Source of the DNA: an uncultured archaeon
Lineage (GTDB): Archaea > Asgardarchaeota > Thorarchaeia > Thorarchaeales > Thorarchaeaceae
Assembly: GCA_964648855.1 (NCBI GenBank)
Contig: CAZYLT010000007.1
Span: forward strand, 88,440 to 120,439
Direction: 5' to 3'
DNA length: 32,000 bases
Under the pieces are notes generated by a model, which worked only from the letters and a program-made list of their open reading frames with translations, had not been told where the DNA came from and made no database searches. A program made the translations under genes and the position numbers. Shown here in pieces: positions 26,638 to 32,000 of this stretch. How positions within the stretch are numbered: the first letter of the stretch is position 1; each line of letters opens with the position of its first letter.

Positions 26638-27619
26638 GGTCTACCGTTAATTCTCCCTGCAATTGTTCAGCGAAGTGACAAGCTACAAATCTGCCCGGCT
26701 CAATTTCATCAAAAGATGGCTCCTCTCTAGAGCAAATCTCTTGAGCATAGGGGCATCTTGGATGGAACCTGCAGCCCGGTGGGGGTTCAATAAGGTCCGG
26801 GGGCGAACCTGGTATTGATGTCAGTTTCTTTTTCTCTGCCTTCACCATGCTTGGGATTGCTCCCACAAGACCCGTAGCATAAGGATGTATTGGATTCTTG
26901 AATACTGACACTACATCCGCCAATTCTGCGAGTCTTCCTGCGTACATAATTGCCGTCTTGTCGCACGTTTCTGCAATGACGCTCAAGTCGTGGGTGATGA
27001 GAATGAGAGAGAGACCAAGATCTTTTTGAAGCTTCTGCATCAATTTCAGAATTTGTGCCTGAATTGTAACGTCCAAAGCTGTTGTAGGCTCATCTGCAAT
27101 TACCAAGTCTGGATTGCAGGCTAAAGCCATGGCAATCATTGCTCGCTGGCGCATACCGCCTGAGAACTCGTGAGGATAGTTATGAATCCGTCCAGGATCA
27201 AGACCAACCATCTCAAAGAGTTTCGAGCATCTGTCTAAGGCCTCTTCTTCAGTCACATTCTCGTGCATCAGGATTGCCTCTGCTATCTGCTCTCCAATCT
27301 CAAAAACCGGATTAAGAGCATTCATGGCACCCTGAAAAACTATAGCAACATTCTTCCATCTTATGTCCCGCATCTCTTTGGCTGTTTTCCTTAGCAGGTC
27401 ATCGCCCTTGAAGTATATATTTCCTCCAACTATATTTGCCGCTGGTGGCAACAACTGCATAATTGAATATGCAAGACTGCTCTTTCCACATCCGCTCTCG
27501 CCTGCCAATCCAATGGATTCACCGGACTCCAAATCCAATGAAACATTATCAACGGCCTTGACGAGACCTCCCTGTGTGGAATAATACATCCTCAAGTTGC
27601 GGATATCTAACAGGTTCAT
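26630..27619 (-). CDS. oppD: Oligopeptide/dipeptide ABC transporter ATP-binding subunit
   Basis: [40 protein letters not shown]. Start set at MNLLDIRNL (ATG 27619). Confidence 0.93.
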   Translation of the reverse strand: MNLLDIRNLRMYYSTQGGLVKAVDNVSLDLESGESIGLAGESGCGKSSLAYSIMQLLPPAANIVGGNIYFKGDDLLRKTAKEMRDIRWKNVAIVFQGAMNALNPVFEIGEQIAEAILMHENVTEEEALDRCSKLFEMVGLDPGRIHNYPHEFSGGMRQRAMIAMALACNPDLVIADEPTTALDVTIQAQILKLMQKLQKDLGLSLILITHDLSVIAETCDKTAIMYAGRLAELADVVSVFKNPIHPYATGLVGAIPSMVKAEKKKLTSIPGSPPDLIEPPPGCRFHPRCPYAQEICSREEPSFDEIEPGRFVACHFAEQLQGELTVDLD

Positions 27620-27837
27620 TCTTTTACACTCCGCTGAGCACAATAGCAAATGATTGGGTGAGTATTAACACCCTAGTAAGTCCCGCTGACAATGCACTTC
27701 TTAAATACCTAACGGCGCCAGCACGAACCAACTATATGATTTGGTACATATATCATGGCCGAATTTAGCTGTTAAAAGTGTCTCACACTATGCAAATTCA
27801 TCAATTCAAGTAAATTCAAATTCTGCCGTTTGCGAGG

Positions 27838-28203
27838 TCAGATTATGTCTGTTCTTTTTGGGCTGCCTATAGGCAAGATATAGATTGGCCTATGATTCAA
27901 CGGCAACTTAAGCACTTCATAGATTTTCTTAAGGTCAAAGCTCGTGATAGTTGTTGTTCCAAGACCAAATTCTACTGGCTGAAGGAAGAAGTTCTGGGTT
28001 GCATGGCCCTCCTCAAGATGAACAAATCTAAGGACATCTTTCATTATTGGATATGCCTTTATTGCTATAAATCCGGCAGCGATAGAGATGTGTTGGTAAT
28101 TTCTCGTGAAGTTCGTCGTTTCAAGATTGCATCTCTTATTGGTCCCCCCTTTTCTTTTGGGTGTTGATAGTTCGATTTTTGTTCTCGATATTTGCTTCAC
28201 CAT
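27838..28203 (-). pseudogene. Degraded SagB/ThcOx-type nitroreductase (frameshift plus internal deletion)
   Basis: The C-terminus RFVHLEEGHATQNFFLQ..FGLGT...F...PIYILPIG is in the ORF frame. The family's N-terminal motif IRDAILKRRTSRE...SLSLPDL* lies in the +1 frame after the G6 run (28144-28149). The central part of the domain is missing. Confidence 0.75.
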
Positions 28204-28387
28204 GGAATTGGCGATATATGGTCTGCCAGAGAGTACTCCTATGCTAGTTCAATACCTTAGAATAGCCTCGTACCTATTGAATGACAGGAATGTAGCAAGG
28301 TTGAGTGTTATTGCTCATTTTTCATGCGCAAAAGTCGTTCGAGTGCAAAACTGTAAAAGGCTGTAGTAGATTGGATACTCGGTTATA

Positions 28388-28705
28388 ATGAGTATACGAG
28401 CCTTTCCAGAAACCAGAGAAGAACCCCGAAAGAGGATTCTTCTGATTCCACCCGCCTTGATAATCGGAGGGTTATTCTTGGCATGGCTTCATCCAATGTT
28501 GGCATTCATTGGTTCAGTCCTTGCTCTCGCAGGAGTATTGACAGTATTTTTAGTTGGCATGGTGTTTGCTGACCTTTGGGCATCCTCTCGACGTACAAAG
28601 GACATTATCAAAGCCAGAGAGAAACGCATGATGGAATTGGACGAGGAAGAAGATCAAGAACCAGATGTTGACGATCCTTTTCTAGATGCACTTGAAGAGG
28701 AATGA
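28388..28705 (+). CDS. Small 2-TM membrane protein with an acidic C-terminal tail
   Basis: Two hydrophobic helices followed by ELDEEEDQEPDVDDPFLDALEEE. Confidence 0.75.
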   Translation: MSIRAFPETREEPRKRILLIPPALIIGGLFLAWLHPMLAFIGSVLALAGVLTVFLVGMVFADLWASSRRTKDIIKAREKRMMELDEEEDQEPDVDDPFLDALEEE

Positions 28706-28773
28706 ATCCTAATCAGTAGAAGTTTCCACCCTTCACTCGTTGAGCACCTCCAATCTTAGATTTTTGGAAATAA

Positions 28774-28789
28774 TGTTCGATTTATCGAA
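28774..28789. promoter_or_regulatory. Copy of the TTCGA-N4-TCGAA palindrome upstream of oppC
   Basis: TGTTCGATTTATCGAA is the exact reverse complement of 8535-8550. Confidence 0.5.
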
Positions 28790-28935
28790 AAGGATACGCC
28801 CAAACAGACAGTTTTTTAGGGGAACCATCCGGCAGCTATTTTGAAAGATAATCCCCAGTGAACGTTGAGATTGACGAGCTTCTCCTTTGAGCTCTGAGCA
28901 ATCTTTGTGTTCAAAATACGGAGGCTAAAAAGAAA

Positions 28936-30510
28936 TTGTCTGATGATAGAGAAGCCAGTTGGAAAGATAGTAACTGGTACGTGAGCATTTCGGGTTTTTG
29001 GAAGGAATATAGGAAACACAAAATTGGCATATTGGGTCTGATCGTTTTGGGTCTTTATGTTGGGATGGCAGTATTTGCACCTGCCCTTGCAACTCATGAT
29101 CCCAAGCCTAGCAACAAAGTAGCACCAAATTTCCTCGCACCCGGTTGGATGTCATTCTTTGATCCAGAGGGAGTTACGACAGGCGAGTACATGCCCTATC
29201 CACAACTGGATGATGCTGATGCCATTACTTTCGAGAAAAGAGGCACAAATCAGGATGAGTTCAGCTATTCACATTATGTGGATGAAGAAGATGAAGCATC
29301 AAGTAATGTGAACTTGACATGGACTCATACACCAGGTGAAATGGAATGGCGAACCATTGATCCAAGTGGGCAGATGCCCGATTCTAATGACTTCATATTA
29401 TTTTCGCAGACCCTGACTTGGCCATTTGAATCGATGCCAAGTGATGTCAATATGACCTTGGAGTTCGCAACTACTCTTACAGGCGATTTCGCGACAAACG
29501 CTGAAGGCGGACTAATGTTTAAGGTCTATATTTGGTTGATAGATTCCAGTGATACTTGGCAGCAAGTCTATAGTTCATCTCCTCCGTACAGAGAATCATA
29601 TCAACAGCGACGAATCGACCTTAATTACTTCGACATGGCTGCCGCATTCAGAGGCATGATTGAGGAAGATGGTGTTCAGGAGGACCCATCTGATGACTTA
29701 ACGGTCGCCGTGGGACTTGCTCCCACCAACAACTTCAGAAACTATCTGGGAACAACTCCCGAGCTTGAATATGATGGTTCTGTGACAGTGTCCATAAGAA
29801 CGGTGAATCTCGTAGCCTATGGGGACTATTTTGGTATATTAGGCTCAACCGATAAGGGTGCAGATGCCTGGAGTCAGCTTGTATATGGGTCAAGGGTCTC
29901 ATTGATAGTGGGAATCCTTGCAACCGCCCTGTCCACGGCAGTTGGTGTTATTGTTGGTCTGGTTGCTGGTTATTTCGGTGGAAAGATTGACGAAATGCTG
30001 ATGCGTGTCGTGGACTTCCTCCTCGTTATTCCTGGCTTGCCCCTGATGATGGTACTTGCCGCCTTTCTCGGCCCTGACATTTCAAATATCATCATCGTGA
30101 TTTCAATACTGGGTTGGACTGGAACGTCGCGACTGATACGTTCACAGGTGCTAGCTGAAACCAACAAGGCTTATGTCGAATCAGCTCGAGCCATCGGCGC
30201 ATCTGATACTTACATAATTTTCAGGCACGTGCTTCCGAACGTTACTCCCATTCTATTTGCTAACATCACGTTGGGTGTTGTGGGCGCTATCTTGTCTGAA
30301 TCAGGGCTGGCTTTCTTGGGTCTGACTGATCCCGGAGAACCTAGCTGGGGACGGATGCTTGCTGACGCGCAAAGTACTGGTGGATTCAGTGCAGGTGCTT
30401 GGTGGGTTGTAGTCTTTCCTGGACTAATGATTACGGCTTTGTCCTTGGCGTTCACGTTTATTGGACATACTCTTGACCAGGTCCTTAATCCGCGACTCCG
30501 AGAGAGGTAA
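28936..30510 (+). CDS. oppC: Oligopeptide ABC transporter permease with a large extracytoplasmic insertion
   Basis: FWKEYRKHKIGILGL; LGSTDKGADAWSQLVYGSRVSL; EAA loop YVESARAIGAS; PSWGRML; LNPRLR. Confidence 0.92.
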   Translation: MSDDREASWKDSNWYVSISGFWKEYRKHKIGILGLIVLGLYVGMAVFAPALATHDPKPSNKVAPNFLAPGWMSFFDPEGVTTGEYMPYPQLDDADAITFEKRGTNQDEFSYSHYVDEEDEASSNVNLTWTHTPGEMEWRTIDPSGQMPDSNDFILFSQTLTWPFESMPSDVNMTLEFATTLTGDFATNAEGGLMFKVYIWLIDSSDTWQQVYSSSPPYRESYQQRRIDLNYFDMAAAFRGMIEEDGVQEDPSDDLTVAVGLAPTNNFRNYLGTTPELEYDGSVTVSIRTVNLVAYGDYFGILGSTDKGADAWSQLVYGSRVSLIVGILATALSTAVGVIVGLVAGYFGGKIDEMLMRVVDFLLVIPGLPLMMVLAAFLGPDISNIIIVISILGWTGTSRLIRSQVLAETNKAYVESARAIGASDTYIIFRHVLPNVTPILFANITLGVVGAILSESGLAFLGLTDPGEPSWGRMLADAQSTGGFSAGAWWVVVFPGLMITALSLAFTFIGHTLDQVLNPRLRER

Positions 30511-30523
30511 TATAGAACAGAGA

Positions 30524-30541
30524 GTGAGCCTTCGGGCTCAC
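30524..30541 (+). terminator. Stem-loop with a C(UUCG)G tetraloop after oppC
   Basis: GTGAGCC-TTCG-GGCTCAC, followed by a pyrimidine-rich stretch and TTTTT. Confidence 0.65.
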
Positions 30542-30689
30542 CCTACCTTCCATTTTTAAAAATCCAGATTGGTTTCTTCGAACAACACCCTTATTAGGAC
30601 AATAACAAAGGAACATAGTGACTCACGGTACTTAGTATCACTAGGTAGCGAGAAAAAATAATTCAGAATTGAATTGGAGAGTCTGCTAA

Positions 30690-31739
30690 ATGGGATTAAG
30701 AGAATATATAATCAGAAGAGTCATCTACATGTTTCTACTAATTGTAGCTGTAGTATGTTTCAACTTCTTTCTTTTCAGACTTCCCACACTACTCCTTGGT
30801 GTCAGCCCAGTTGACCTCATGATTAGTGAAGAGCTTAGACGCAATCTGACTCGTAAAGCCCTTCAGGAGCTATACCAGCGCTTTGGTTTGGTGCCGGACC
30901 CAGATATTTTCGACTGGATCTATATGTTCTGGCGGTATGTTGTCAACATGTTTACTGGAAACTTTGGCATCTCATTCATAAGCCAGCGTCCAGTCATGGA
31001 TGAAATCATGGCTAGATTACCTAACACACTTCTATTGATGGGTACATCTTCAATTGTGGCTATTGTTCTTGGTATTTGGACTGGTGTAAGAGTTGCAGCT
31101 AACCCTGGTTCTCGGAAGGACGTGAGTGCTGTGACTGTTGCATTGTTCATCTATGCCTTGCCTGTCTTTTGGATGGGAATGATGCTACTGATGATATTTG
31201 CTTTCTACTTGCCCGGATTAACCGGTGGTTTCATACAATTCCCCTTGGGTGGAACCATTGATTACTCGGTCTGGATTAGTGCAAAGCGAGATCCTCTTGG
31301 CGCGCTTGTGATTGCCGCAAATATTCTGCACCACCTCATTCTGCCAATGATCACGTTGGGTGTTGGAGGTTATGGGGGATATTTCTTGTACATGCGGAAC
31401 AACCTCATCGATGTGATGACTGAGGACTATATCCTCACTGCACGCGCGAAGGGTCTTGATGAGAATCAAGTGCTCTACAAGCACGGTCTGAAGAATGCAA
31501 TGCTACCAATGGTCACCATCATTGCAATGACTTTTGGTTTCCTGATAAATGGAGCAACGTTAACAGAAACGGTGTTCAACTGGTATGGTCTGGGGAGATA
31601 TATCTTCGACAGTCTCTTTGTCTTGGACTATCCAGTAGTACAGGCAATTTTCATGATCATTGCAATTACAGCAATTCTAGCAAACTTCATTGCAGATCTG
31701 CTGTACGGAGTACTCGATCCAAGGATCAAATACGGGTAG
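30690..31739 (+). CDS. oppB: Oligopeptide ABC transporter permease
   Basis: YIIRRV; GNFGISF...PV..I..RLPNTLLL; EDYILTARAKGL; DYPVVQA; LDPRIKY. Confidence 0.93.
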   Translation: MGLREYIIRRVIYMFLLIVAVVCFNFFLFRLPTLLLGVSPVDLMISEELRRNLTRKALQELYQRFGLVPDPDIFDWIYMFWRYVVNMFTGNFGISFISQRPVMDEIMARLPNTLLLMGTSSIVAIVLGIWTGVRVAANPGSRKDVSAVTVALFIYALPVFWMGMMLLMIFAFYLPGLTGGFIQFPLGGTIDYSVWISAKRDPLGALVIAANILHHLILPMITLGVGGYGGYFLYMRNNLIDVMTEDYILTARAKGLDENQVLYKHGLKNAMLPMVTIIAMTFGFLINGATLTETVFNWYGLGRYIFDSLFVLDYPVVQAIFMIIAITAILANFIADLLYGVLDPRIKYG

Positions 31740-31753
31740 TCATGAACATAAGA

Positions 31754-31797
31754 GGCCCCCAATGGGGGTCATACTTTTTCTTTTTTTCACCTTTTTT
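31754..31797 (+). terminator. Stem-loop plus long T-rich tract after oppB
   Basis: GGCCCCC-AAT-GGGGGTC followed by TTTTTCTTTTTTTCACCTTTTTT. Confidence 0.7.
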
Positions 31798-32000
31798 GTG
31801 TTTGGTTAAGAGAGCGATGACCAGTAGAAAAACGGCCATCATTACAGATTCTCCAAAGAAAGCATTCCCCTGAGGTTGATTGGGTTATAACGAGTTGAGC
31901 TTGGGTATTCGTCGAATAAACTATCGAAGAAATTTGCCTCTAGGCGGCTCTGTGGAAAAAGTCAAGGATGTAATACAAGGAAACAAGGGCGAGCAGGTGT

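Overview
Gene-dense archaeal window. It is most consistent with an Asgard archaeon, possibly Thorarchaeia; this is inferred from a longin-domain protein, an orphan 7TM protein, COG2517, frequent TTG starts and GGAG/GGTG Shine-Dalgarno motifs, and has not been checked by search. I found no rRNA, tRNA, CRISPR array or mobile element. Routine content: COG2517 tRNA-binding protein, MazG, PaaK-like ligase, COG2403/ArcE-like synthetase, cyclophilin-like protein, CPBP protease, ECF S-component-like protein, DUF92 protein and an oligopeptide ABC transporter (OppD, F, C, B). Four items stand out. (1) A head-to-head locus at 10909-16565, where one 877-aa gene looks like a catalytically degenerate, fused copy of BOTH divergent genes (an amidohydrolase and a CDC48-N-like/vWA protein). 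It is flanked by a second vWA protein and a HEAT/repeat/HhH protein. (2) An E2F/DP-like winged-helix transcription factor with the RRVYD motif and a coiled coil (8688-9239). (3) A TTCGA-N4-TCGA palindromic motif upstream of that gene, with an exact 16-bp copy upstream of oppC. (4) A GCS2-type carboxylate-amine ligase fused to about 660 aa of Ig-like domains. All protein family calls come from motif recognition by eye, not from database searches.
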